From a virus (lineage: Duplodnaviria; Heunggongvirae; Uroviricota; Caudoviricetes), in the IMG/VR virus record IMGVR_UViG_2651869724_000014: 46,907 bases of DNA. One strand, given 5' to 3'. Below are positions 19,606 through 28,834 of this stretch, piece after piece. The first letter of the stretch is position 1, and every line of letters starts with the position of its first letter. The notes under the pieces were generated by a model. It was not told where the DNA came from. It ran no database searches and saw only the letters and a list, made by a program, of their open reading frames with translations. Position numbers and translations under genes: made by a program.

Positions 19606-20720
19606 CAGTTGAAATACCGTTCAATGAAATTTTTCATTGTGCTAATACGATAATGAACCGATTGCGTCGCCGAAGTGCCAGAAGTAATCGACTCATTAAA
19701 ACGCTCCTCTGATGTTATTCTTTGAAACTCTATTAAGAAATCCTTAAGTTTTGTTGCATCAAGTTCGTTTATCATATCCTGATTAAATTTTGATACCATA
19801 AACCCGACAATTAGAGCATCAAATAAAGCAGAATTGAAATTTCTTACTTGAGGCTCTAAGTTTTCATTTAGAATTCTAAATGCTTTTTTACCAAACAATT
19901 TATTAATACAGTTTAATGCACCAAGAAATCTACTACGCCACTCCAAGGCAACATCAGGTTCAATATTTTGTTTTTCAGAACTAAAATCATTAAGGAATTT
20001 CTTTAATGGTTTTTTATATGGTGTCACAGAATATGAAAGTGCGAATGCTCTCAATATGAGTTCATTATTCTTCATTCGTGTGTCATTTTTAATTCCTGTT
20101 AAGTCTCTCCATACTTTCTCCTCACTTATTTCGTCAATCATAGTAAATAATGGACCATGATAAACTCCATGACGTACCTCCTGAGGATTTAATTGTACTG
20201 CACCTGTATTTATTCTTTCAAAAACATCAATTTTAATTTGAGGGTGAGTTTCTTTTAATATGGTTATGCATCTCAATGTGCGATTTAAAATATGCCTACG
20301 GAATCTCGCGTCCAGTGATGAAAACGAATTCCCCTCCAATTCTGGATATGCTGTCAATCCCTGTAATTCAAAACCATCCTCAATAAATAGTTTAATTGAA
20401 GTCAACCGTTGATTACCATCAATAACAGATAAACTCTCATCTTTCTCTTGGTTTAAATAAATAACAGGGATAGGACACTGGATTATTAAAGACTCAATTA
20501 ATCTTGATGCCTGCCCTCTACTCCAAACATATTTCCTTTGAAAATCAGGAATAAACACAGTACCATTTTTCAAATAGTCGACGAGTGTTGATATTGAAAA
20601 ATCGTAAGTCTCGGTATGCAATCGACGCTGCTCAGGGGGAATATCAACGATAGAAATATCATCATCATCAAATATTGGGAAAAGTTTATCCGCAAGTTTT
20701 TTGGCATCATTAACAGACAT
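19605..20720 (-). CDS. DUF262 (ParB/Srx-like) domain protein, GmrS-like
   Basis: IPDFQRKYVWSRGQASRLIESLIIQCPIPVIYL and VIDGNQRLTSI are the DUF262 signature blocks. Confidence 0.6.
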   Translation of the reverse strand: MSVNDAKKLADKLFPIFDDDDISIVDIPPEQRRLHTETYDFSISTLVDYLKNGTVFIPDFQRKYVWSRGQASRLIESLIIQCPIPVIYLNQEKDESLSVIDGNQRLTSIKLFIEDGFELQGLTAYPELEGNSFSSLDARFRRHILNRTLRCITILKETHPQIKIDVFERINTGAVQLNPQEVRHGVYHGPLFTMIDEISEEKVWRDLTGIKNDTRMKNNELILRAFALSYSVTPYKKPLKKFLNDFSSEKQNIEPDVALEWRSRFLGALNCINKLFGKKAFRILNENLEPQVRNFNSALFDALIVGFMVSKFNQDMINELDATKLKDFLIEFQRITSEERFNESITSGTSATQSVHYRISTMKNFIERYFN

Positions 20721-20921
20721 AATAGAACCTCATAAAAATAATTTTAATATATATTACATTAATGATCATTAATAATAAACACCATCAGTAAAAGATAAAA
20801 ATTACCCGCAAACTATAAATGCGCTTATCATTGCATATGTTATATATATCACAATAACAATAAGTATTTCAATACCTTAGATTACCTTCTACATGCGAAA
20901 TTCTGATGTTGATAAAAAGTA

Positions 20922-22199
20922 ATGTTAAAGAATACCAAGGAATGTGCCAACTCTGTATCAAGTGTGACGAATGCCATTGAAAGGGCCAAGGAACTATCAG
21001 GACTCGTCGTATCACGATTAAAATCCGAAGGCATGTATGCGGTTGGTAATGTGGATGGTTTATACCTTCGCATCCGAAATCAGTCCCGTGCATGGGTTCT
21101 TTGCGTGGCTATGGGAACCCGAATCAACAATCTCGGTAGAACAGTTCCAAGACGTTTGAATATGGGGCTTGGCCCTTACCCGGAAGTCTCCTTAGCCGAA
21201 GCGCGTGACAAAGCGCGTGAGCTACGTAAACAAATCCGTAATGGTATTAATCCCCTTCAAGAAAAACACGAACAAAAAGCCCGGCAGGAAATACTGGCCC
21301 GGAAGAAAAAGACCTTTGCCGAATGTTGTGAAGAAGTGCTGGAGGTCAAAGACAGTGAGATGAAGAACAAAAAACATCTCGCGCAATGGCGTTCCACACT
21401 GGAAACCTATGCCTACCCTTTCATTGGCAAAAAGGCCGTTAGTGAAATCACCAAAGTCGATCTTCTGGCAATACTGGAACCTATCTGGTTAACCAAGAAT
21501 GAAACTGCCAGTCGTCTACGTGGACGTATTGAAACAGTGATCGATTACGCCAAGGCCAAAGAATACTTTGAAGGTGATAATCCTGCCGCATGGAAAGGTA
21601 TGCTGAAACCTCTGTTGCCTCAGCCAAGTAAAGTTCAGATCACCAAACACCATGCGGCCCTTCCCTATAACCAGATCGGCTCTTTTATGAAAGAACTACG
21701 TGAACGAAGCGGCGTTTCTCCTCGTGCGCTTGAGTTTGCCATACTGACCGCAGCACGCTCAGGTGAAATTCGTGGTGCCGAGTGGTCAGAGATCGATCTT
21801 GAAGGTAAAACGTGGACCATACCTGCAAGCCGAATGAAAGCAGCGAAGGAGCATCGAGTTCCTCTGTCTGATGCTGCTGTTGCCTTGTTAAAAGCTTTAC
21901 CACGCTTTAAGGGTATCAGTTTTGTATTCCCTGCCACTCGGAAGGGACAACTCTCGGATACGGCTTTACTGGCAGTCCTAAAGCGAATGGGATATACCGA
22001 TTTAACACAGCATGGGTTTAGATCGACATTCCGTGATTGGGCTGGTGAAACGACCAACTATCCGCGTGAGGTAATTGAACATGCGTTAGCTCACCAGTTG
22101 GCAGATAAGGCAGAGGCTGCGTATCAACGTGGGACGTTATGGCCTAAGCGGGTGGCGTTGATGGATGAGTGGTCGGGGTTTTGTCTTGCCAATGTTTAG
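20922..22199 (+). CDS. Second tyrosine integrase (int2) of the nested element
   Basis: GLYLRI...YPEVSLAEARDKAREL arm-binding N-domain and a recombinase C-domain; distinct from int1. Confidence 0.7.
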   Translation: MLKNTKECANSVSSVTNAIERAKELSGLVVSRLKSEGMYAVGNVDGLYLRIRNQSRAWVLCVAMGTRINNLGRTVPRRLNMGLGPYPEVSLAEARDKARELRKQIRNGINPLQEKHEQKARQEILARKKKTFAECCEEVLEVKDSEMKNKKHLAQWRSTLETYAYPFIGKKAVSEITKVDLLAILEPIWLTKNETASRLRGRIETVIDYAKAKEYFEGDNPAAWKGMLKPLLPQPSKVQITKHHAALPYNQIGSFMKELRERSGVSPRALEFAILTAARSGEIRGAEWSEIDLEGKTWTIPASRMKAAKEHRVPLSDAAVALLKALPRFKGISFVFPATRKGQLSDTALLAVLKRMGYTDLTQHGFRSTFRDWAGETTNYPREVIEHALAHQLADKAEAAYQRGTLWPKRVALMDEWSGFCLANV

Positions 22200-22208
22200 C
22201 GGTCTGAT

Positions 22209-22503
22209 TGAAAACATGATCAACAAGGCGCTGCGTAAGATGGGCTATGACACCACGCAGGATATTTGCGGTCATGGTTTCCGCACACTGGCATGTAGTG
22301 CTCTGATTGAATCAGGGCTATGGTCTGAAGATGCGGTGGAACTCCAGATGAACCACAAGGAAAGCAACAGTGTTCGTGCTGCCTATACACATAAGGCCAA
22401 ACATCTTGAGCAGCGAAGGTTGATGCTACAATGGTAGGCAGATTTTCTTGATGCTAACTGGGATGGGATGGTCAGGCCGTTTGAGTTTGCTCAGAAACAA
22501 TAA
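22209..22503 (+). pseudogene. Displaced 3' fragment of an int1-like integrase gene
   Basis: Encodes INKALRKMGYDTTQDICGHGFRTLACSALIESGLW...HLEQRRLMLQW*, paralogous to int1 C-terminus, with a premature stop. Confidence 0.6.
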
Positions 22504-22533
22504 TCGCCTTCCAGCAAGCAGACAATCGCAGTA

Positions 22534-22566
22534 AATAAAAAACGCAGGGAGGTTTTACTCTCCCTG
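22534..22566 (-). terminator. Intrinsic terminator-like hairpin
   Basis: cagggag / ctccctg stem followed on the minus strand by a T-run. Confidence 0.35.
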
Positions 22567-22573
22567 TTACTTA

Positions 22574-22825
22574 TCACTTACGCCCTTTGTTTGATTGTGC
22601 CAAAACAGAGGCTGCAAGTTGCTTCGTTAACTTGCTGGAACGTGGATTATCAAGAGCTGATGATGCCTTATGCTCCATTTGCCCACTTGTCTGGTTTGAT
22701 GTCCCACGTTGCGAAAGCGCAGAACCAGCGAGGCTTTTCTGGATGGCAGAAGCATTAGGATTAGCCAGCGTTTTTGCAGCAGTAGAAGCCACATTTTCAG
22801 AAGTCTGTTTTACGTTTTTACTCAT
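22574..22825 (-). CDS. Hypothetical Ala/Ser-rich small protein
   Basis: ORF only, MSKNVKQTSENVASTAAKTLANP...; low complexity. Confidence 0.25.
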   Translation of the reverse strand: MSKNVKQTSENVASTAAKTLANPNASAIQKSLAGSALSQRGTSNQTSGQMEHKASSALDNPRSSKLTKQLAASVLAQSNKGRK

Positions 22826-23176
22826 GAAACGAATCCCCAAGAAGTTATGAATATCCCTTATGTAGTACTTACATTCCTAAAGAAACACCACATACAGTGG
22901 CATCAACAGATTTTATAATCCTTTGTTTTCCTAAAAACAAGTCTAAAACTGTATAAAAACACAGTTATGATATAGTCTATTGTTTTTAATGAATAAAAAT
23001 AACTAATCGCGTTTAACGAAGAGAAACTAAAAGTTAGCCACTGCTATGAAAAAGAGCTCCTGACAGCAAATAACTTTCAGAAATCTATAGCGATCTTCAT
23101 CTTGAGAGAGGCTTGTACTTAACCCGCAAAAGGTATAGGTATATAATTATTATCAGCTTATACCAAATGGCTATCA

Positions 23177-24097
23177 ATGATAGGAATAAAAATGATTTTA
23201 GTTATAACATCTAGCTTTGATAAAACAATTGATTACATAGTAAAAAAACATAGCATTAACAATTTTTACAGGTTAGATGTTGATAATTTCTCTGAATATA
23301 AATTTTCTTACACTAAAAAAGGATTCAGTATTGTTAATAAAAATAATAATGAATTGCTCGAGAGTGAATGCAGATCCATCTATTATAGAAAACCAACTCC
23401 TGAGAATATTATCAATAAAATTGATTCAAAATATCATAATCATTGCTTTCGAGAAGTATTCGCTTTTGTTGAAGGGATTGCTGAGTCGTTTACTGGAAAA
23501 TGCTTATCCAAGCCATCAATTATAAAAAGAGCAGATAACAAAGTATTGCAAGCAAAAACTGCAATTGATATTGGATTCACAATTCCTGATTTTATATTGA
23601 CAAATAATTTCGATTGTTTCAAAAACACTTTGACAATCAATAGCATTGTCAAACCGTTATCAAGTGGATTGATAGAAAATCAGAAAGAAAAGGAATTTGT
23701 TCAAACAAATATGGTTGACATGAATAAAAACACAGAAACATTAAAATATTGTCCAGCTTATTTTCAATCGTATACAAAAAAAGAATTCGAGGTGAGATCA
23801 ACATTCATAAATGGTAAAGATTATTCGGTAAAAATAATATCTAAAAATAAAATTGACTGGAGAAAAGACAATAACGAAATATTCTATTCAACAATAAAAA
23901 TGCCTGATACTATAAAAGAAAAATGTCTGAGGTATATGTCAGTCATGAATATTTCTTTTGGATGTTTTGATTTTATAGTTTTTGATGGTGAATGGTTCTT
24001 CTTAGAGATGAATGCAAATGGTCAATGGGCATGGCTAGAAAATGAAACGAATATTAATGTGTCAAGTGAGTTAGTGAGGTTTTTAAATGAAGTATAA
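23177..24097 (+). CDS. ATP-grasp family ligase
   Basis: VKPLSSG and C-terminal FGCFDFIVFDGEWFFLEMNANGQWAWLE are ATP-grasp-like blocks. Confidence 0.55.
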   Translation: MIGIKMILVITSSFDKTIDYIVKKHSINNFYRLDVDNFSEYKFSYTKKGFSIVNKNNNELLESECRSIYYRKPTPENIINKIDSKYHNHCFREVFAFVEGIAESFTGKCLSKPSIIKRADNKVLQAKTAIDIGFTIPDFILTNNFDCFKNTLTINSIVKPLSSGLIENQKEKEFVQTNMVDMNKNTETLKYCPAYFQSYTKKEFEVRSTFINGKDYSVKIISKNKIDWRKDNNEIFYSTIKMPDTIKEKCLRYMSVMNISFGCFDFIVFDGEWFFLEMNANGQWAWLENETNINVSSELVRFLNEV

Positions 24098-24941
24098 TTT
24101 CATTTACTTTATTATAAAATTATTAAACTTTTCATTATTATTCCACACATCATTAGATGAGAATTTTGATACTATTGAAAAAAGAAATGTTATTAATTCC
24201 ACGTCATTAAGAGTATCTTTATTATGTTTTCCTGTGGGGAGTAAAATAATATATTTATTAACTTTCAATAAAAAATCAAACCGTATTTTGGATAAATCTA
24301 ACTTCCAGTTTTTTACGAGCATACACTATGATACACTTTGCCCAAGAATATCGGGCACAAAAATTGAAGAATATGTCATGGCGTATAGTCAATATATTAA
24401 ATCAATTCTACCTAAAAGAAGGAAGGAACAAGAAGATTTTTTAAAGCAGCGCCTTTCCGAAAATAACGATAGTTTATCTAATCTTCAAAGTAAGATAACA
24501 CATTATACTACTATCACTATTGCCCTCACAGGGGCAGTGGTTTATCTACAAACCATTCTACCATCCGCAAATACAAATTTTGCAATAAGATTTATTTCCT
24601 ATTATTTATTTTTTATATTGCTTGTTGATATAATTAATTTATTTCTTTTTCTAAGAAAAGGAATGATGGTAAGTAGTTTTTCTCAATCAAGTTTTAAATC
24701 ATTAAAATTTGATAACAGTAATTATGCCTTAACGAAGGCTATATATCGTGACTGGATAGCAAGAAAAGATGACGTCAGATATTTTGCAGGTATAGTTAGA
24801 AATGCCGAAAAATATCTATACAGATCGATTTTAGTTGGAATCACGCTATACATGTTTTCCATTTCACTGCAATATTATAGCGATAATCCAGTGAATGAAA
24901 TCATATTCACGCCGTCAGGCATGTTTTTAGCTGTAAATTAA
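24087..24941 (+). CDS. Polytopic membrane protein, translationally coupled to the ATP-grasp gene
   Basis: 11-bp overlap with the ATP-grasp gene; hydrophobic segments (TITIALTGAVVYLQTILP, FISYYLFFILLVDIINLFLFL, ILVGITLYMFSISLQYY). Confidence 0.45.
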   Translation: MKYNFIYFIIKLLNFSLLFHTSLDENFDTIEKRNVINSTSLRVSLLCFPVGSKIIYLLTFNKKSNRILDKSNFQFFTSIHYDTLCPRISGTKIEEYVMAYSQYIKSILPKRRKEQEDFLKQRLSENNDSLSNLQSKITHYTTITIALTGAVVYLQTILPSANTNFAIRFISYYLFFILLVDIINLFLFLRKGMMVSSFSQSSFKSLKFDNSNYALTKAIYRDWIARKDDVRYFAGIVRNAEKYLYRSILVGITLYMFSISLQYYSDNPVNEIIFTPSGMFLAVN

Positions 24942-24952
24942 AAGGATATAAT

Positions 24953-25297
24953 ATGAAACCGTATACTATGCTCTATAGTGAATCTTTCGAAATAAACGCA
25001 TCAACAATTTCAAGTAAAACAAACTCTACCGTAAAAACATTTACCACAGAACCTAATGATGAAGATTATCTCAACACTTGGACAACGCATACAAGAGTCA
25101 TAGAGAACCAAGATGAGGATTACAGTTTAGCCCCCAGCAACTGTGAAAGAAAATACGAAATATCTAATGAAAAGCAGTCTGCTATGGATACATTTTTTAC
25201 AGAATCTATTGAAAATAATGATGATGATTTTATAGTATGTAGAACATTTGTAACAAATGTCGTTGAATCAGGTGATGATGATTTCTATTTTAACTAA
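24953..25297 (+). CDS. Acidic Thr/Asp/Glu repeat peptide, candidate graspetide precursor
   Basis: 114 aa with repeated blocks TFTTEPNDEDY, ENQDEDY, TFFTESIENNDDDF, TFVTNVVESGDDDFYF; AAGGA-type RBS; terminator follows. Confidence 0.4.
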   Translation: MKPYTMLYSESFEINASTISSKTNSTVKTFTTEPNDEDYLNTWTTHTRVIENQDEDYSLAPSNCERKYEISNEKQSAMDTFFTESIENNDDDFIVCRTFVTNVVESGDDDFYFN

Positions 25298-25330
25298 ATA
25301 GATTCTGGTGAAACAAACGCCTTAATTATA

Positions 25331-25354
25331 AAGGGCCTTCTTGGCCCTTTTAAT
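25331..25354. terminator. Bidirectional intrinsic terminator
   Basis: aagggcc-ttct-tggccctt hairpin then T-rich tract, between convergent genes. Confidence 0.5.
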
Positions 25355-25411
25355 TTACCATGACATATGATAATGGCAATTATCACCATTTAAATAAAAT
25401 GGACAGAAACA

Positions 25412-26875
25412 TTATCTACACGCATATAACCTTCTTATATTACTATAACAGTGCTCGTTCTTACTACCACTACAACGTCGTTCATCGTATTCAGCGATTA
25501 AAGTTCCAGATATATAACCAAACTGAGGACTATACGTTGATCCCGGGCAGGCACATGTCCCAGTGTCACTATTCGGTATAACGCATTTATAACCAGAGAT
25601 TTGATCTGTTATTGTGATAAAAATACCTTTCAGACCATCACCACTTGCTGTCTGCCATTTACCACTGACACACGATAACATCCTACCCGCACTGTCTCGC
25701 CCCACCAGACCATTAGGCGTATATTTCGCATTTAACGTTGCCTGACCATTCAAATGAAGATATTCACCTGCTTTGATTCTGCCTGTTGATTCAATTGTTC
25801 CGTTGGATTTTATCGTTCCGGCAGTAAGATTACCTGAAGCATAAATATTACCCGCATTATTCATGTAAGCTTTAACTGTTTTCCCGGTTCCTACACCAAC
25901 AGTCCCTGACGCATATAAATCATAGGTGCGAACACCGCCAGCCCAGCCAGCAGGCAGATCGTTTGGATTAAGTCCATTCGTCGCGATACGACTACCAAAC
26001 TTCGCCAGACCTGTTGTTGAAAGCGTGTTCAGATAGGTATCGGATTTTACCCTCAGATTGTTGTTGATATTTACAGGACCATTAAGGGTCGAGGTTCCAC
26101 CCACACTCAGATCTGATGCAACAGACGCATTACCCGTTGTCTTAAGTGCTCCCGTTGTTGTTGTTCCTGATGCCGTCATATCTTTGATGTTTTTGATGCT
26201 CTTACCACCAAGATTCAGATCACCCGTCATCGGCAACGTCCCATCACGGCGCAGGTAAACAGAATACATTGAAGAGTTATACCCCACGCGGTAAGCCAGC
26301 AATCCACCACCCGTGATGTTATTGTAGCTGTTAGAGTTCTCACTCCACTGACCACCATAACCAGAAGCGATCTTGGTGCTTCTGCTCATACCACCATCAA
26401 CACCTGCCGCCTGAACCGCTTTACCTAACAGGTCATAACGAATACGACCACCTTCTTCCCACGGGCTGGCGGTTGTTATAAGGCCATTAATCACGTAATT
26501 AGGCGCGGTTCCTGAACGCTTTAACACAATTTTGTAAGATGCTTTTTGCGCGTTAGTTCCTGTATAGCCTACAGGCAACAAACCTTCATTAATTAACGTC
26601 TGGTAAGTGATTTCACAGCCATTAGACGTACAGGTTCTTGGCCCCGGATCGCTGCTTTGATTATTGGATGATGACAGTGTGGATATCTTGTCATAGCGAA
26701 TACTGATATAGCGGTTAACCGCTTCTCCAAGCTGTTTAATCTGTGTTCCGACATTATCAGCCAATACCGCTTCCTGATTGTTTCTCATATCCTGAAATTT
26801 CATAAAAGCGATAAGCGTTCCAATACCTAAAACAATACTGACTTCCAGTAAGGTAAATCCTTTATTCTTTATCAT
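25412..26875 (-). CDS. pilV: Type IVb minor pilin / tip adhesin PilV-like
   Basis: N-terminus MIKNKGFTLLEVSIVLGIG is a prepilin motif; 487-aa Gly/Thr/Ser/Asn-rich protein directly downstream of a pilS-like gene. Confidence 0.65.
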   Translation of the reverse strand: MIKNKGFTLLEVSIVLGIGTLIAFMKFQDMRNNQEAVLADNVGTQIKQLGEAVNRYISIRYDKISTLSSSNNQSSDPGPRTCTSNGCEITYQTLINEGLLPVGYTGTNAQKASYKIVLKRSGTAPNYVINGLITTASPWEEGGRIRYDLLGKAVQAAGVDGGMSRSTKIASGYGGQWSENSNSYNNITGGGLLAYRVGYNSSMYSVYLRRDGTLPMTGDLNLGGKSIKNIKDMTASGTTTTGALKTTGNASVASDLSVGGTSTLNGPVNINNNLRVKSDTYLNTLSTTGLAKFGSRIATNGLNPNDLPAGWAGGVRTYDLYASGTVGVGTGKTVKAYMNNAGNIYASGNLTAGTIKSNGTIESTGRIKAGEYLHLNGQATLNAKYTPNGLVGRDSAGRMLSCVSGKWQTASGDGLKGIFITITDQISGYKCVIPNSDTGTCACPGSTYSPQFGYISGTLIAEYDERRCSGSKNEHCYSNIRRLYACR

Positions 26876-26927
26876 AATTATCTCCCTGTTTTAGCAATAA
26901 GAAAGAAAAGGGCTTACGCCCTCTTCA

Positions 26928-27485
26928 TTAAATAGACGTGAAAACTAATGTATTACTTGTGGCATTCGTACATGCTGCTGCCGTAGCTGCCACATCGAGT
27001 GTTCCTCCTGCGGCTTTAACAACCTTGGTTCCAACCGTGGTAATGTAGAAATTACCTGCTGCCGCTGTTGCAATCTTCACACATTCCGCTGCTGGCACAT
27101 TATCGTAGGTGATAGTGAAAGAAGAGCCAGTCGCTGATGACGGACCAGTCGCTGCCGCAGCCAGCGTCACATTACCTTTAAAGGCATTGATGGGTTTAGC
27201 TGCCGTTCCTGACCCACTTAACATATTGTCAGGGAATATTTTTGCCTGAACAGCCACAGTATTTGTCAGGCCAGTAAAGCTTGATGCCGACGTGTATAAC
27301 GCTTTAACACCTGCCTGTATGGTGGCAATGTTATTGGATTCTGCCTGTGCTCTTTGTGAAGCCTGAACCTTGGGATACACAATAAAAGCCGCTACCACTA
27401 ATGCAGCAATGATGCCCAAAACAAGTAGTAGTTCGAGTAGTGAGAAACCTTTCTTGCTTTTTCTTTTGTTATTTAATAAAACCAT
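26928..27485 (-). CDS. pilS: Type IVb major prepilin PilS-like
   Basis: Long leader then KKGFSLLELLLVLGIIAALVVAAF prepilin motif; 185 aa. Confidence 0.65.
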   Translation of the reverse strand: MVLLNNKRKSKKGFSLLELLLVLGIIAALVVAAFIVYPKVQASQRAQAESNNIATIQAGVKALYTSASSFTGLTNTVAVQAKIFPDNMLSGSGTAAKPINAFKGNVTLAAAATGPSSATGSSFTITYDNVPAAECVKIATAAAGNFYITTVGTKVVKAAGGTLDVAATAAACTNATSNTLVFTSI

Positions 27486-27882
27486 TATTATCTCCTTTTT
27501 TGTTTTAATGATAACTTCTGTTATAACGCTTCTCTCATATCTGGCAATAGAAATAACAAGATATATTTAACTCTGTCTGACAGACGGATGAATTAAAAAA
27601 GGCAAAGATTTCTCTTTGCCTTCCGGGAGATTTAAAAACAACATTTGTTATCACTACTACTGTCATTATTACTTCCTCATGGGATATTTATCATATCTGA
27701 TAAAAAAGAAATAATAACGTTCACTACATAAAGATAAAAATTAACAGATTACTGGTCGAACAGAACGCATGATTGAAAAGGAAAAAATATTAATAAAGGA
27801 TTATCCTGCGTTCTGTTCTTTTATATAGATAACAGATAATAATCAGATATCAATACCTGACTCAAAATAAATTTAAAGATTT

Positions 27883-28197
27883 TTATTTTTGTCTTCCCTC
27901 CATTTGCGCGAGAAACTTCCTGCCTGCTTTTATATATGTTATTTTTTCAATATCATTCAGGTCAGATGCTGAAAGCAAAATCCCCATAACGAGTTCTTTA
28001 TCCACCTGTTCGATATCGCAATGCATAGCTTTAGCTACTTCCGCACCAAGTATAATCTTTAGCCTTGTTTCAACTTTCTTTCGCTCTGATTTCTCCAGAG
28101 ACTTAAGGCGATTAAGTTCAAGCTGAGCAAAAGCAACCTTTTGCTTTAATGTTTTTTCTGTTCTTGGTCTTTTTATATTATCATCCATAGTTATCAC
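27883..28197 (-). CDS. Hypothetical protein divergent from mobA (possible mobilisation accessory protein)
   Basis: Assignment by position only. Confidence 0.25.
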   Translation of the reverse strand: MITMDDNIKRPRTEKTLKQKVAFAQLELNRLKSLEKSERKKVETRLKIILGAEVAKAMHCDIEQVDKELVMGILLSASDLNDIEKITYIKAGRKFLAQMEGRQK

Positions 28198-28479
28198 CTC
28201 TTGTTGTTTACACGTATTTAATTATCACAAAGAGAAATAACGTCAAATTTACACCATTTTGTTAGAGAGAATGATTCTGATACATTTCTTTATAAATATG
28301 TGCAACGCATATGATAGTATTCACTAACCAAAAACATCTGGCACTCTCCGCGTTACTTATTTTTACGCATTTGTGCTTTTATTTTCACCTGTCAATTTTA
28401 AACTCTATTTTCCAATCTCAACCTGTAAATTGTGCAACACATAACACTCTCTGTTTTATTAGTTTTTTTTCATCAAATT

Positions 28480-28560
28480 TAGCTATCCCGCCTTACGGCG
28501 GGAATAATTAATACTTCTATTGCCCTTACGGGCCTTTTCTTTACTCTTTTTGTCCTGTGG
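28480..28560. promoter_or_regulatory. Candidate oriT region
   Basis: Inverted repeats cccgcc-ttac-ggcggg (28485-28502) and gccc-ttac-gggc (28531-28542) upstream of the relaxase gene. Confidence 0.25.
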
Positions 28561-28834
28561 ACGTGAAACCTACACCTTTAATCCAGTTTGCGCCGCTTAA
28601 CCCGGCGTATTATTTTACAACCATACATATATTTCGTATTAATTAATAAGAGGGGCATTTTACATTGGCTTATTTTCTTAAAGACAATGCCCACCTATAC
28701 ACTGCTACGCAGTGTGTGGGGTCTACCGACGGTTGCCTGCCGCAGGCTAAAAGCAAAACCAAGGTCAACGTCAACCCCGAAGTTTTTCTGGCGAAAAACT
28801 AACAGCAGCATTTTTATTTGAGGTTATATTTTTA

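Larger units (their letters stand above)
18533..22503. mobile_element. Nested small integrative element (DUF262 cassette + second integrase) flanked by about 290-bp direct repeats of the first integrase's 3' end
   Basis: 18533-18822 and 22209-22500 are about 90 percent identical; the second copy is frame-disrupted (TGG to TAG) and follows the int2 stop directly. Confidence 0.5.

Noticed and set aside
22165-22437. Independent 90-aa gene after int2
   Set aside because: The ORF is the out-of-context 3' end of an int1-like integrase with a premature stop, so it is called a pseudogene fragment.
25412-26875. Shufflon (rci-dependent invertible segments) at the pilV 3' end
   Set aside because: No repeated sfx-like crossover sites or adjacent recombinase gene were seen; pilV appears to be a single fixed ORF.
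28588-28821. 77-aa ORF upstream of mobA
   Set aside because: It lies in the presumed oriT/promoter region, has no RBS and a low-complexity translation.
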